Shown: in pieces, positions 11,706-25,449 of the stretch
Numbering within the stretch: the first letter of the stretch is position 1
Layout of the letters: the number at the start of each line of letters is the position of its first letter
Assembly: GCF_006345805.1 (NCBI RefSeq)
Contig: NC_042997.1
Span: 190,154,001 to 190,218,000, forward strand
DNA from: Octopus sinensis
Lineage: Eukaryota
DNA length: 64,000 nucleotides
Reading direction: 5' to 3'
Position numbers and translations under genes: made by a program
The notes under the pieces: generated by a model
Seen by the model: the letters and a program-made list of their open reading frames with translations, nothing else
Told to the model about the DNA's origin: nothing
The model's database searches: none

Positions 11706-13344
11706 TTTTATGAATTTTCATTCAAAACAAACTATATTTCTCTACCAATTTATTACTAACAATTTTCTGTTTGTAAATTGTATTCACTTTTGAGTTACTT
11801 TTATATTCTGTTTCTCATCTATCTCACTCCTATTGTTTAGATGAATTTTTCTTTATGTGTGTGCTTTTCCATTAAAAGTTAATTTTTCAAACGACACCAA
11901 CGTAATTATTATTGAACGTGAAGTTAGCTGAGAAAAACATTTTAACTTCAGGTTTAACATTAATTTTTGAAACAATTTATTGTTCTTGTGTTTTTATTAG
12001 ATGATTGTATAATTTTACAAAATTTCTGGAATAATTATGTTGTTTTCGTTTCAGAACCGTGAAGGCAGCGAGCTGGCCGAATTTTTAGCCCAGCAATCAA
12101 AAATACTTGGTGGAATTTCGTTTCGTTTTATGTTCCGAGTTCAAATTCCGTCGAAATTGAGTTTGCCTTTCATTTTATTTATTATTTTTTTTCGGGTTCG
12201 GTAAAATAAGTTCCAGTTGTGCACTGAGGTTGATGTAATCGACTAGCCCCGTACACCAAAATTGTAGGCCCTGCGCATATTGTCACTTTATTTCACACTT
12301 GAACAACATAATGTATGGAAAAGGCTTTCCAATTTCGACCAAGTCCCTTTTTTTCATTATTTTCTCGATAACTTGGTCATATTTTCAATGAACTCTTCCA
12401 TTTCTAAAACACGATTTGTCGATTTCACCCGATTACGTGAGTATATGCCAAATAGAGTTGTCTGACGGTTATGTTGCGTATATACATAGTTATGCAAATT
12501 TAAGATTTATGTGTGATATATGATGTTTTGTTCTTTGAAACAACGAATATCTAGTGAGCTATTTGTGACCCGTCGTAAGTCAGGCACAGTGAATCTGGAT
12601 GAGTTCCTCTATTTCCACATCTGATAACATCCTATTACTTCCGGAGAAAGAGAAAGTGAAAGAAGAATCGATCACAGTACGAGACTAGTAATTTATCTAT
12701 GGAACGCAAAGCGATGAACTACAAATATCACTTCGGTCGGATTCGAACTCAGAAAGCCGAGAGCTTGGACGATTTCCGCAAAGATGTTCATCTAACACTC
12801 TACAGATCCTGCTAATTTATAGCCTTATAAAGAATTATATGTGATCACTGTATCCTATGAAAAGATAAGTGGCTGTTGTGTTATCTGAAGAGATATCCAG
12901 TAAGGGTTGGGCTATATGAAGAATTATAATCGATATATGTGTTATATGAATATATATGTTTAGCAGCTGTCTAACCTGATGAGATATCTATGAGGGTTGT
13001 GTTATACGAAGAGGTATAAGTGGTAGTTGTGACTGGCACTCCGTCGGTTACGATGACGAGTTGATCCAATCAACGAAACAGCCTGGTCGTGAAATTAACG
13101 TGCAAGTGGCTGAGCACTCCACAGACACGTGTACCGTTAACGTAGTTCTTGGGGAGACTCAGCGTGACACAGAGTGTAAGAAGAATGGCCCTTTGAAATA
13201 CAGGTACAACAGAAATAGGAAGATAGAGTGAGAGAAAGTTGGGGTGAAAGAGTATAGCAGAGTTCACTACTACCCACTGCCGGAGCTTCGTGGAGCTTTA
13301 GGTGTTTTCGCTCAATAAAAGTAGTAGTTGTATTACATAGAAAA

Positions 13345-13797
13345 CACACATGGTGTTCGGCCAAGGTCTGACTATTTCTATACCTTCTTTTCTCAAGAAC
13401 AGCTTCATGTATTGGCGAATAGTCTACGGTATTGGAGAGCGTAAAGATTAAGGCCGATTTTCGGAGAAATTCTACGTCTTCTCCAAACCTGATTTCTGGT
13501 CCACTTACCTCCCCGATTATAACCCCATGGGTTACTACGTCTGTGACACGGTTGAGGTGGAACTGATGGCCAAGATCAAGGTGTTCGAAAAGCTTCCCAC
13601 CAGCACAATAAGTAATGCATGCACCAGGTTGCTGGAGTCGTCTCGAGGTCATCGTAGAAGTTTACAGCAGCTACTCTGAGTAAACTGCTACCTTCCAACC
13701 ATTATTTAGTTGATATTTCATTTTTTAAAATACTTATGGGATATTGGGTTTTCATTTACTTGTATGCAGACTTTCAGATTTAACCTGAACACACTGT
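13345..13797 (+). pseudogene. Decayed Tc1/mariner-superfamily transposase C-terminus and right end
   Basis: ttctggtccacttacctccccgattataaccccatgggttactacgtc resembles FWPPxSPDxNPxDYYVW; downstream AC.R..SRLE.IVE...Y.E*; ends ...cacactgTA. Confidence 0.65.
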
Positions 13798-14889
13798 ACA
13801 TGTTTATGTTAATTTATATGACGTAATAATGAAATGAACTGAAAGATTAAATGAATGGTTAAATTTTTAAACATATGGATATGTAATGAAATGTATTTCA
13901 GAGATAATATAAGGGGAAATATGAAGTGATATTGGTGAAGAAGTCGGAGAAATTATAGATCAAGACGGAAGTAGGAGAATTTTGGCCTAGTGAAATGGAT
14001 GTCAATTAGAACTAAACATTAATTACAATGTTATATTAAAAACCATTTCAGGTGTTTAATGAGGCCGAATGCCCCTGATTTTGAGGGGTAGAGATAAGTT
14101 GGTAACTTCGAGTTCAGTATTTCGCTAAAACTGTATTCAATCGACCCAAAATGTATAAAGGAAAATTTGAACTCAGTGAGATATAAACTCGGAATGCACA
14201 GTCCCAGGTTAAATACAGCAAAACATTTTTTCTTCTTTCCCTTCTTCCAACGATTTAGCCAACTCATAGCTTCAATAGCGCATATTTAATAATCCTTTCT
14301 AAGAGAGGTACAACACCTGAAATTTGCGGTGGGGCGTAACAGCAGACATTTTCCTCAGTATTTTACCGGTACTTATTTCATCGACTCCGAAAGGATAAAA
14401 GGAAAAGTCGAGCACGGCGGTATTTGAACTCAGAACTTAAAGACGGACGAAATGCTGCGAAGCAGTTATTCCCGGCATGCTAACGATTCTGCCAGGTTGC
14501 CGCCCTCATATCATGTATTTAATAATGGTGCTAATTTCAATTTGATATCTGCGATTTCTACTAAGAGTAACATGTGATCTGTTTTGTTAAAAAGGGATGT
14601 ACAACCCCATATGACTAATCTGAACAGATTCTAATTAACATACAGGTATATATTGATATCACAACTAATCCTGTGCCCTAACAATGTCCACAAGCGGAAA
14701 TATAATCCATTTTGGTTAGGTTCTGAGTAGTCACTTTGATCAGAAACATCCTTGCAGAAATTTAGGTGGGGTGAGGGACAATATATTACGAGAATAATTT
14801 AGCAACCTGAAATTGTGCGGAAGCCAAAAGCGTACGTGCATGTGTATTATGTTTGTGGTGAGGTAAGTTGATAGGTATGTGCATATGTT

Positions 14890-14958
<69 letters not shown>

Positions 14959-14963
14959 ATATT

Positions 14964-14999
<36 letters not shown>

Positions 15000-15235
15000 C
15001 ATATTTATATATATACTGACAGTCTAGTAGGGATCCTTACACACACGCACACATGTGTATATACATAGTATATACCATGATTGTTTATATTTTAATTTTG
15101 AAGTAGTTTTACAGTTTTCCATTCTCTCTTATTAACTGGAATAAACGCCAAGGCAAATACCTGAAATACCGATTTTTATGTCTACAGCTCATAATGATTA
15201 ACATTTTATAAAGAGAAATAAAACATAATGTTTAC

Positions 15236-15349
15236 CTTACAACCTTCACACGAATGTACACCATAATGAAATCCAGACGCCTGGTCCCCACATATTCGAC
15301 ACCTGACGTCTAATTCTTGTGTGTAAAGTTGCTTGCATCCTGGTAAAAT
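15236..15349 (-). CDS. PPAR: Nuclear receptor exon, first zinc finger of DBD (PPAR/NR1C-like)
   Basis: Minus strand tcgtatttcag|ATTTTACCA...TGTAAG|gtaaac; 114 bp, phase 0/0; [38 protein letters not shown] with C-x2-C and the CEGCK P-box; splices in frame to GFFRR exon at 9870. Confidence 0.93.
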
Positions 15350-16792
15350 CTGAAATACGAGAAATAATTGTAAGATTTTAGATTCCAAAATAACAGCAAT
15401 GCCATTAATAATAGTTTCAAATTTTGGCACAAGGCCATCTATTTCGGGAAGGGGTTGAGGCGATTAAATTGACCCCAGTGCTCAACTGGTACTTATTTTA
15501 TCGACACAGAAAGGATGAAAGGCAAAATCGTTCGCAGTGGAACGAATTCCTTTAATAATCATTTCTAATATAGGCACAAGGCCTGGAATTCTGTGGAGAG
15601 GGGGATAATCGATCGCATAGACCCCAGTCCTTGACTGATACTGAACTTATCAACTCCGAAAGGATGAAAGGCAAAGTTGATTTCGGCAGAATTTGAACTC
15701 AGAACGTAAAAAAGGACGAAGTGCCGCTAAGCATTCTACCCAGCGTGCTAACGATTCTGTCAGTTCGCCGTCTGAATAACTACAAATACATTTAACAAAA
15801 ATATGTCGGGACAATATACAGCGGGATAAGTTAAACACGCAAATCACACATACACACACACGCGCGCGCGTCCACACACACATGTGTTCTTTTGCTGATT
15901 TCAGTCATTAAACTGCAGTCATGATGAGGCACCACCGAGAAGGATTTTAGTCGAACGAATCGATCCCTGTCCTTGTTTTCATTTTAAAACCTGGCGCTTA
16001 TTCTGTCAGATACTTTTTGTATTTAATGCCAAGATGAGGACACTATCAAAAGGAAACGAAAATAAATCTCCCAGTAAGTAATTTCAAATACTAGAAATTA
16101 TATTTTTACGGTCTCAAGACTGACAGACACAATTCGATAATGCAGTCCTAGATACACTGTCTTAAAAATAGAAGGCCTTTGAACATAGGTCTTCTCGATC
16201 TTGGTTGAATCGAGGCCAAAGAACAACAACAACAACGACAACTGAGTCACGAATTGTGTTGGTACTGAGTTTATCCGTTGCGCCACAGTATTTGCATGAA
16301 ACCAAAATAGAACAATGAATTAAGCGTTTTATTTGTAAACCAAGTGATAAATAAAAAGCGTTCGATTTTAATGAACTACTCACATCAGTACGGCTTTAGT
16401 CCAATTATAACACAAACGTCTCTATAGATGATAGATAAATTTATTGCAAATTAAACGAACAAATTTAGCAAAATACCTCATAATTGGGGAAATAAGACTG
16501 AGAAAATGTAAGTACATGAAGAAGTAAAAGAGGAAATGATATGATGAATACCGCTCTTGTAATGTCAAATAATTAGTGAAGATAATTGAAGGTCATTGAA
16601 CGTTGACAAATTGTTCTATTTCGTTGGATTAGCAATTTTGTGAGATAAATTGTAAAAGACGAATACAAAGGAAGAAGTTGTTGAAATAGAAGTTAGATGA
16701 TTCACCTGTGAAAAAGATGTCAGATGTTGAACTCTGCAATGTGTGTATGTATGATACCTATGTATGTATATATAGTAGGTAATTATATGTGC

Positions 16793-16843
<51 letters not shown>

Positions 16844-16872
16844 TGTATGTTCGTATAAATATATATGTGTGC

Positions 16873-16917
<45 letters not shown>

Positions 16918-17025
16918 ATATATATATGAAATATAAATGTATATAAATCTATGTGCGTTTACATATGTATATATATATATAAGTATATATATGTTATATA
17001 TCTATATTTGATATATATACATAAA

Positions 17026-17082
<57 letters not shown>

Positions 17083-17324
17083 TTTTTAATGTTTTTTTTT
17101 TTATTATTTTTTCTCTGTTTAATTTACACTGACTTTTTTATTTATCTCAAGTTAAAAGATTTTCACATCCCAACCGTTAAACTAATACATCAGTTGTTTA
17201 CCACCAGACTCTCCTTTAAATTCTCACTATATGACATAATGCCATAATTCCCTTGCTTTCTCTAGATACGCTGTGTGAAGAACTAATACACACACAATCT
17301 CGCACAACAAACACTATTATATGC

Positions 17325-17338
17325 TTATATATATAATA

Positions 17339-17422
<84 letters not shown>

Positions 17423-17438
17423 ATATATATATAATATA

Positions 17439-17484
<46 letters not shown>

Positions 17485-17510
17485 ATATATTATATATATA
17501 TATATTTATT

Positions 17511-17559
<49 letters not shown>

Positions 17560-17608
17560 ATTAATATATTATATATATATTATTTATATATATATATATT
17601 TATATTAT

Positions 17609-17663
<55 letters not shown>

Positions 17664-17667
17664 AATA

Positions 17668-17700
<33 letters not shown>

Positions 17701-18020
17701 ATATATATATATATATAGTTTATATATATATATATATTTATATATTATTATATATATATATTTATATATATATTATATATATTTATCATATATATAATAT
17801 ATAATATATTTATATATATATATTATATATATATAATTTAATATCTATTACATAAGATAACTATAATATATTTATAATATATATCTATATATATCTATAT
17901 CTATATTATATTTATATATATATATCATATAATATATATATATATATATATATTATTTATATATATACATATATATATATAATATATATATTATAATATA
18001 TATATATATAATATATATAA
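17325..18020. repeat. Long imperfect (TA)n tract
   Basis: ~700 bp almost pure A/T alternation; one of many (TA)n, (CA)n and (ACAT)n tracts in the window. Confidence 0.95.
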
Positions 18021-18219
18021 GCAATTAAGGACAACTACTTACTAAGGAAAACTTAACGACATTGTCAGGTAGGATATGCGTAAACTCATAAGATAAAAAT
18101 TTAGAAAATGTATTTCTTTTTTTTCATTGAACTTTAATTTAATATATAGCAGGGCTTAATGTATTAGAAATAAATACAACATGCCCCGCGGGTGGTCGTT
18201 GTTTATTTATAATACATTC

Positions 18220-18267
18220 AGGCCTGCTGATGATTACGTAAGTATGAAATCACTGTGATACAGGTCT
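18220..18267 (+). ncRNA. Type I hammerhead ribozyme motif (H2)
   Basis: AGGCCTG-CTGATGA-T-TAC-gtaa-GTA-T-GAA-ATCA-ctg-TGAT-A-CAGGTCT: intact core, stems I-III, predicted cleavage after 18260; in a ~370 bp insert between long (TA)n tracts. Confidence 0.8.
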
Positions 18268-18408
18268 ATATTTTTAAATGTCTTACTTTGAAAAATTGCA
18301 TTCGGTGGATTGTAATATTTTTGGTAGAATACTGATTGTCCTCTTAGCGTTTGGCATGTATGTATAATGCCTTCTAGCATGTATGTAAATGCCCTCTATA
18401 TATAAATT

Positions 18409-18493
<85 letters not shown>

Positions 18494-18502
18494 ATATATA
18501 TT

Positions 18503-18624
<122 letters not shown>

Positions 18625-18645
18625 ATATATATATTATATATATTA

Positions 18646-18714
<69 letters not shown>

Positions 18715-19270
18715 TGGCCAGCATTGCTGCAGCAGTGATTCACAAGGGCAACTGATGCGTTTCCTCCTATTTCGGGGTAATCAATACCCTGTACTCGTTT
18801 GTCACTTGATAAGGTGTAATTCGTGCTTCGATATGTAGGTAACAATAAATAATTCCTTCAGTAGTATTGCGCACGCTGCGTTTTTTGCAACCCAATAACC
18901 TTTTGCAATATCAGTGAATGCATTATTCGATGTTTCCTAGCACAAATTTCATCTTAACAAGTGACAAACGGGTGCATAGCATTTAGAAGTACCGTGTACA
19001 CGTCAGTCTACTGAGTCACTGTCACGAGGATGCCGGTGTCGCACCGATAGATATACTCAATATTTAACGCATGTCTATGCAATCTGTCTCACAGACAGTC
19101 CCAAAGCAGCATGCTTTTACACGCTTTATAAACATTTAGCATGATACACAGATAACGGTTTTAATTTCATGTGTTTCGATTGCGTTCATCGAATGTTTGT
19201 ATGAGTGCGAACGCAAAGCCGCATGCACTCACAAACGCGAATATATGTATGCATGTATTGATGATGATGT

Positions 19271-19306
<36 letters not shown>

Positions 19307-19601
19307 CGATGGTTGTTGTTGTGGTGGTGGTAGTGGTGGTGGTGATGATGATAATGATGACTAATGGCGTCGCAGATGCTTGGTCAACGCAATTATATTT
19401 TTATATATATTGAGAAAGGCCTACGCTCAAATCAAACTCACACCCACTCCCTTTCACAGTATGACAAGTGGAAAGAGAAAGCAAAGAAAACTTGGAGAAT
19501 ATATATTACCAAAAGGTATCTAATTTGAGGTGATCTGTAGGCCTAGATTACAAATGGTCATGTGAATAAAAAAAAAGCAGATGAAATCTAATGACTAGTA
19601 A

Positions 19602-20020
19602 GGCGCAGGAGTGGCTGTGTGGTAAGTAGCTTGTCTACCAACCACATGGTTCCGGGTTCAGTCCAACTGCGTGGCACCTTGGGCAAGTGTCTTCTGCTAT
19701 AGCCTCGGGCCGACCAAGGCCTTGTGAGTGGATTTGGTAGACGGAAACTGAAAGAAGCCCATCGTATATATGTATATATATATATGTGTGTGTGTGTTAG
19801 TGTGTCTGTGTTTGTCCCCCTAACATTGCTTGACAACCGATGCTGGTGTGCTTATGTCCCCGTTTCTTAGCGGTTCGGCAAAAGAGACCGATAGAATAAG
19901 TACTGGGCTTACAAAAAAAGAATAAGTCCCGGGGTCGAGTTGCTCGATTAAAGGCGGTGCTCCAGCATGGCAGTAGTCAAATGACTGAAACAAGTAAAAG
20001 AGTAAAAGAGTAAAAGAGTA
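19602..20020 (+). mobile_element. SINE family B
   Basis: Full-length match with (gtaaaaga)n tail. Confidence 0.9.
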
Positions 20021-20157
20021 AGAAATATCAATTTAAGTAGTAGAGAAAAATAATATATATTCGGCAGTAATATATGTCGTCATCTATTCTGTCTATCTAT
20101 CCTCTCTCTCTCGCTCTTCATATATGTCAATATATATATATATATATATATATATCT

Positions 20158-20223
<66 letters not shown>

Positions 20224-20537
20224 AAGCGCGTGGTTCAGTGTTAAGGTGTTGCACTCACGATTGCGTCTTGGGTTTGATTACCAGACCGGTAGTTGTATTG
20301 TATTCTTGAGTAAAGCACTTCATTTCACCTTGCTCTGCGATCATTTTAACATCTGACATATGTCACTCGTTGCACCTGTAGAGATAACCTCAATTGATGG
20401 AGGAAGTGCGCTAATTATACACAAACATTTGATCACTATAAACAAATCATCTGTGTGTTTGTTCGGTAAGAAATTTTCGAACACTCATACGTCGTCTAAC
20501 TTATATATATATATACATACATATATATACACACAAC

Positions 20538-20581
<44 letters not shown>

Positions 20582-20633
20582 ATATATATATAATATATAT
20601 ATATAATATATATATATATTACATATATATATA

Positions 20634-20997
20634 GGCGTAGTAGTGGCTGTGTGGTAAGTAACTTGCTTACGACCGCATGGTTCCGGTTCAGTTATACTGC
20701 GGGTCACATTGGGCCGAACAAAGCCTTGTCAGTGGATTTGGTAGACGGAAACTGAAAGAAGCCCGTCGTATATATATATATATATGTGTGCATGTGTGTG
20801 TGTTTGTGTGTCTGTGTTTGTACTACCTTGACAACCAATGCTGGTGTGTTTGCGTTCCCGTAATTTAGCCGTTCAGCAAAAGAGACCGATAGACTAAGTA
20901 TTAGGCTTGCAAAGAATAAGTTCTGGGGTCGATTTGCTCGCTTAAGGCCGGAGCTCCAGCATGGCCACAGTCAAATGGCTGAAACAAGTAAAAGAGT
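20634..20997 (+). mobile_element. SINE family B (internal deletion)
   Basis: Family match. Confidence 0.82.
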
Positions 20998-22146
20998 ACA
21001 CACAAACACAAATATATTCTGCAATATAGGTGTTCTTGCCTCCGTTTTATCACCCTCAGTAATTTAACGAAAGATGTAAAGTACATTGTGTCGCCTCCTC
21101 TTTGATTGGTATAAACCATTATACACTTATACACTCCTGAAGAAAGAAGAACAACAATATCGAACCTAGCAGGATTTGAAATCAGAACTTAAAATACCTT
21201 ATCTTAACACCACAGGCTATTCGGCTTGTGGTTCTTCTGATTCTATCAGCAATTTATCTTTTAGGATTATTAATTGTAAAGATAGTGACGCCATTAATTG
21301 CTGTATTGTTTATGATTTTCAGGATTGTGATAATAATAATATCTGTGGCAGTTATTATTCTTTTCGTGTTGTTTATCTTTGTGTTGGGAAGTGTAAATAT
21401 TGGTAATGGGAAGTAGATGACTCATTGAAAGGATAACAGGATGGATTAACCAAAGTACTGATATCAATGGAGAGATATGTTAGAGATAACAAAAATCCCT
21501 AAACTTTTATTGATATTACTCTTAACTGCGTAATAAAAATTTGAAGCATTAGAGAATAGATATTGAGCGAACAGTTTGATAAATCTAAACTAATATGAAT
21601 TACTTGTTAGATTAGCTTCTACCACAATGATATAAATGCAGCTGTTCTTAATGATGATTAATAATCGACCTAATATCGAAATTAGTTAACAATTAGTAAA
21701 CCTATCAACGCAAAGATAAATCGTAATATAATGATAAAAAACGAAAACTTCTATAGACTTTTTAATAATGTTCTAACATTCATTGTTCAGTTTGGAACAA
21801 GGACACTGATTTTCAGGCAAGAGCGGCTATACTATATATCATGTTTTGACTCCCGTTTTCTTTGTTATCTCTTTACTTCTCGCCCCTAACTTTCTGAAGA
21901 AGATCAACAAGTTTGAGATGGCACACCTCCTTCATACACTGGGCACTCAACTGTTACTTGTAGATTGCCTTCATTTTGTCATTCGTTTTTAATTTTGCGT
22001 GTGTAAGTATTTATTCACACACATACAGACGTACAAACACGTATATATACTTGTATATGGATGGGCATATATATATAAATATATATATATATTATATGTA
22101 TGTATATCCATGTATATATGTTCCTATACATCATATAAAACATATG

Positions 22147-22192
<46 letters not shown>

Positions 22193-22716
22193 AATTAATA
22201 AATAAATAAAACATATGCATATATACATATATGTACGTACATACCTCTACATGTATATATACATGCATATATGGGTACAGGACACCAAAAAAAAACGTCG
22301 AACACAATGAGAAACGAAAACATAAACACAAAACCAAGGAAATTGACATTTTTTTAAACAACGAAAAAATAGAGTACAAGACATATAAAAACAAGGAAAA
22401 TTCCCCTTCTTCAGTCGCCTTAGATTCATCTACTCCACGTTTCGAAGGTCAAGGCGATACATGACTTCATGAAAATTTCCTTCCCGCGAAAATCAAATTA
22501 AATAAAATTTGAGATTTTTTTGCGGAGGGGTAAAACTGGTAACAAAAACAGGACAATAACGACAGTACAACAAAATATAAATATTAAAGGACAGGACACG
22601 CAGAATAACAGTAACACAAACAAGAAGGGCTGTTAAGCCAAACGAGATAAAAAATTTTTACGAACGCTATTTTTTGAGACGGCAAGGAGCAACAGATTTA
22701 CCATATATATATATTA

Positions 22717-22797
<81 letters not shown>

Positions 22798-23179
22798 TAT
22801 ATATATAAATATACATATACATAAATATATTAAATGTGTGCGTGCGTATGTGTATGCGTGTATGTATGTATTCGTGTTTGTATGTGTGTAGTATCTTTGC
22901 ATGTATGTGTATGTATATCGGTTTCCATTCGTTTGACTCAACCCTAGCACATTAAATATTTCCCACTTTAACAATTCCTGGATGAAAATTCCAAACCCCA
23001 AAAAGTATATCAATAAACAGGTGCGAGCTTGGCGGTGAGATGATAAGCTTGCTTCCAACCAAATAATGGCGAGTTCAGTCCCAGTGCGTGAGACCTTCGG
23101 CAAGTGACTTCTACTATAGCCTCGGGCTAACCAAGGCCTTATCAGAGGATTTGTTAGACGGAAACTAAAAGAAGCCGTC

Positions 23180-23222
<43 letters not shown>

Positions 23223-23388
23223 ATATTATATATATATATATGCCCACGATGGTATATTCGGGAAATCTAGTCGCTACATTGTCAGATAGTTGGAAATGTC
23301 TGATCACAACAGTTCTATATTTAAAAGATGACAAATTATGTACATTATTTACATTCGACGGATATTTGTCCTCATCTTGTTTGTTGTT

Positions 23389-23434
23389 AACACAACGTTT
23401 CGGCTGATATACCCTCCAGCCTTCATCGGGTGTC
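23389..23434 (-). ncRNA. Minimal hammerhead motif in tail of tRNA-headed element (H3, left copy)
   Basis: Minus: GACAC-CCGATGA-A-GGCTG-gagggtatat-CAGCC-GAAA-CG-TT-GTGTT (U4>C in this copy). Confidence 0.7.
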
Positions 23435-23481
23435 TTGGGGAAATTTCCAGCCTTAGCTTTCATTCCTAAGATATTTTTCGA

Positions 23482-23519
<38 letters not shown>

Positions 23520-23721
23520 TATTATTATTATTGTTGTTGTTGTTGTTGTCAGGGGTAGTGCTTGGAATCGAACTCGGAATCTTGGGATTAGTAGCCCGCA
23601 CTTTTAACCACTACGGCATCGGGCATATGGCGTAAGGGTTAAGATCGCGGGCTACAAACCCCAAGATTCCGAGATAGATTCCAAGCACTGCCCTTAACAA
23701 CAACACAACAACAACAACAAC

Positions 23722-23754
<33 letters not shown>

Positions 23755-23927
23755 TTTGTCTTGGTATAAAAGATGGTTTGTCTTGGTATAAAAGATGGTT
23801 TGTCTTGGTATAAAAGATTTGTCTTGGTATAAAAGATGGTTTGTCTTGGTATAAAAGATGGTTTGTCTTGGTATAAAAGATGGTTTGTCTTGGTATAAAA
23901 GATGGTTTGTCTTGGTATAAAAGATGG
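23755..23927 (+). repeat. 22 bp tandem repeat x8
   Basis: (tttgtcttggtataaaagatgg)8, one unit 3 bp short. Confidence 0.95.
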
Positions 23928-24382
23928 GCTACAGCGAATATTCTGCTCAATACCACAGATTTGCTTGTCAGTTGTTTGGCCTTAACCAGTTGAGCATGTC
24001 CCTTAGGGGCTGACGATATGTGCATCTCTGATCACGAGCAGAAGTAGTGGGGGAGCATCATGGCCATGTGTTGAGAGGGATTCTTTGGGGTTTGAATAAT
24101 TCACCTCTGGAAACATAGGTGTTTCATTCAACATCCTAAAGCAACCCTTATTCAGGGACCTTTTGAGCAGGATGGGCTACTCAACCTGAAGAAAATTCTA
24201 ACTGGGCCCCACCTGCAAACATGTGCTGTTATCTTGATATGAGATCCACATGTCGCGCACATATGGTTGTGATGCATGTGCCTGGTTGTACCTTTATCAG
24301 ACGGGTAGTCATGATGGGTATATTGGGCTTCGTATATTTACCCCAGTGTCACTTTGATGGCATGAACTGCTCTCTCACTCAA
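23755..24382 (+). mobile_element. (AAT)n-associated repeat, 5'-truncated, with tandemised 5' end
   Basis: Matches ~59994-60471; inserted into the (AAT)n linker of the H3 element. Confidence 0.8.
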
Positions 24383-24393
24383 TAATAATAATC

Positions 24394-24429
<36 letters not shown>

Positions 24430-24476
24430 GATCGAAAATACCTTATTAATGAGAACCCAGGTTCGAAATTTCCCCA

Positions 24477-24522
24477 AACCCCTGATGAAGGCTGGAGGGT
24501 ATATCAGTCAAAATGTTGTGTT
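24477..24522 (+). ncRNA. Minimal hammerhead motif (H3, right copy, decayed)
   Basis: CTGATGA-A-GGCTG-gagggtatat-CAGTC-AAAA-TG-TT-GTGTT; 5' core intact, GAAA mutated. Confidence 0.55.
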
Positions 24523-25396
24523 GATAACAAACAAGATGAGGACAAATATCCGCCAGATGTAAATAATGTAAATAATGAACATAATTCCTCTTCTCTTAAA
24601 TATAGAACTGAAATAAGTTAACCTTCGTGGAAGTTATACCCAAAATATAAATACCTCGCGTAATTTGTCCGATGCTCAAACGATGCTACTTATTCAAAGG
24701 CCCCTCAGATTGTATAAACGAAGCAGTAATATTTCATTGAATTATATGAATCAACTAATATGTATTACGATCAACGGAACAGCCTGCTCGTAAAATTAAC
24801 GTGAAGGTGGCTGAGTACTCCGAAGATACATGCACCTTTAACGCCATTGTCGGAGACGTTCATCGTTATAGAGAATGAGACAAGGCTGGCCATTTGAAGT
24901 ACTGGTGCAATTTAGTGTTGCTAGCTGAGTGAACTGTAGCAAGGTAAAATAAAGTGTAAAGGACACAACGTGCTGCCGGGAATCGAACACAGGACCTTAC
25001 GATCGTGAACCGAATATCGTAACCACTACGCTGTGCGCCTTCTTTCTCCCCTCTCTCTCCTCTCTTTATATATATATAATATATACATACATATACATAC
25101 ATGTACATATGTACAAACACGTCGTTTTATTACCTTGTATTCATGTTTAAGCAAATTAACAGTATTAGTTTTTAGGTTAAAAATGATACGAATATGCTTA
25201 AGATTATGTCATTTTAAACATTAATGGATTAATTTACTTTATTTAAGAATATTCCTCCGTATAGAAGATAACCAGTTTGCTTAATGGATAAATCCTTGCA
25301 AACATCTAAGTTGAGATTTTATATCCATGATCTACGTATGCATATATATATACTATAATATATATATATATATTATATATATGTTTGTGTGTGTGT

Positions 25397-25449
<53 letters not shown>

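Noticed and set aside
15350-15430. N-terminal extension MPKFETII... of the 74 aa ORF
   Set aside because: Intron and SINE tail sequence upstream of the AG acceptor at 15351-15350
22714-23601. 295 aa ORF, the longest in the window
   Set aside because: Read-through of microsatellites, a SINE B fragment and the H3 element
23627-23695. Functional tRNA gene (also other SINE heads)
   Set aside because: No convincing acceptor stem and no terminator; continues into repeat body
23755-23927. CRISPR-like array
   Set aside because: Contiguous 22 bp units with no spacers, eukaryotic context, no cas genes
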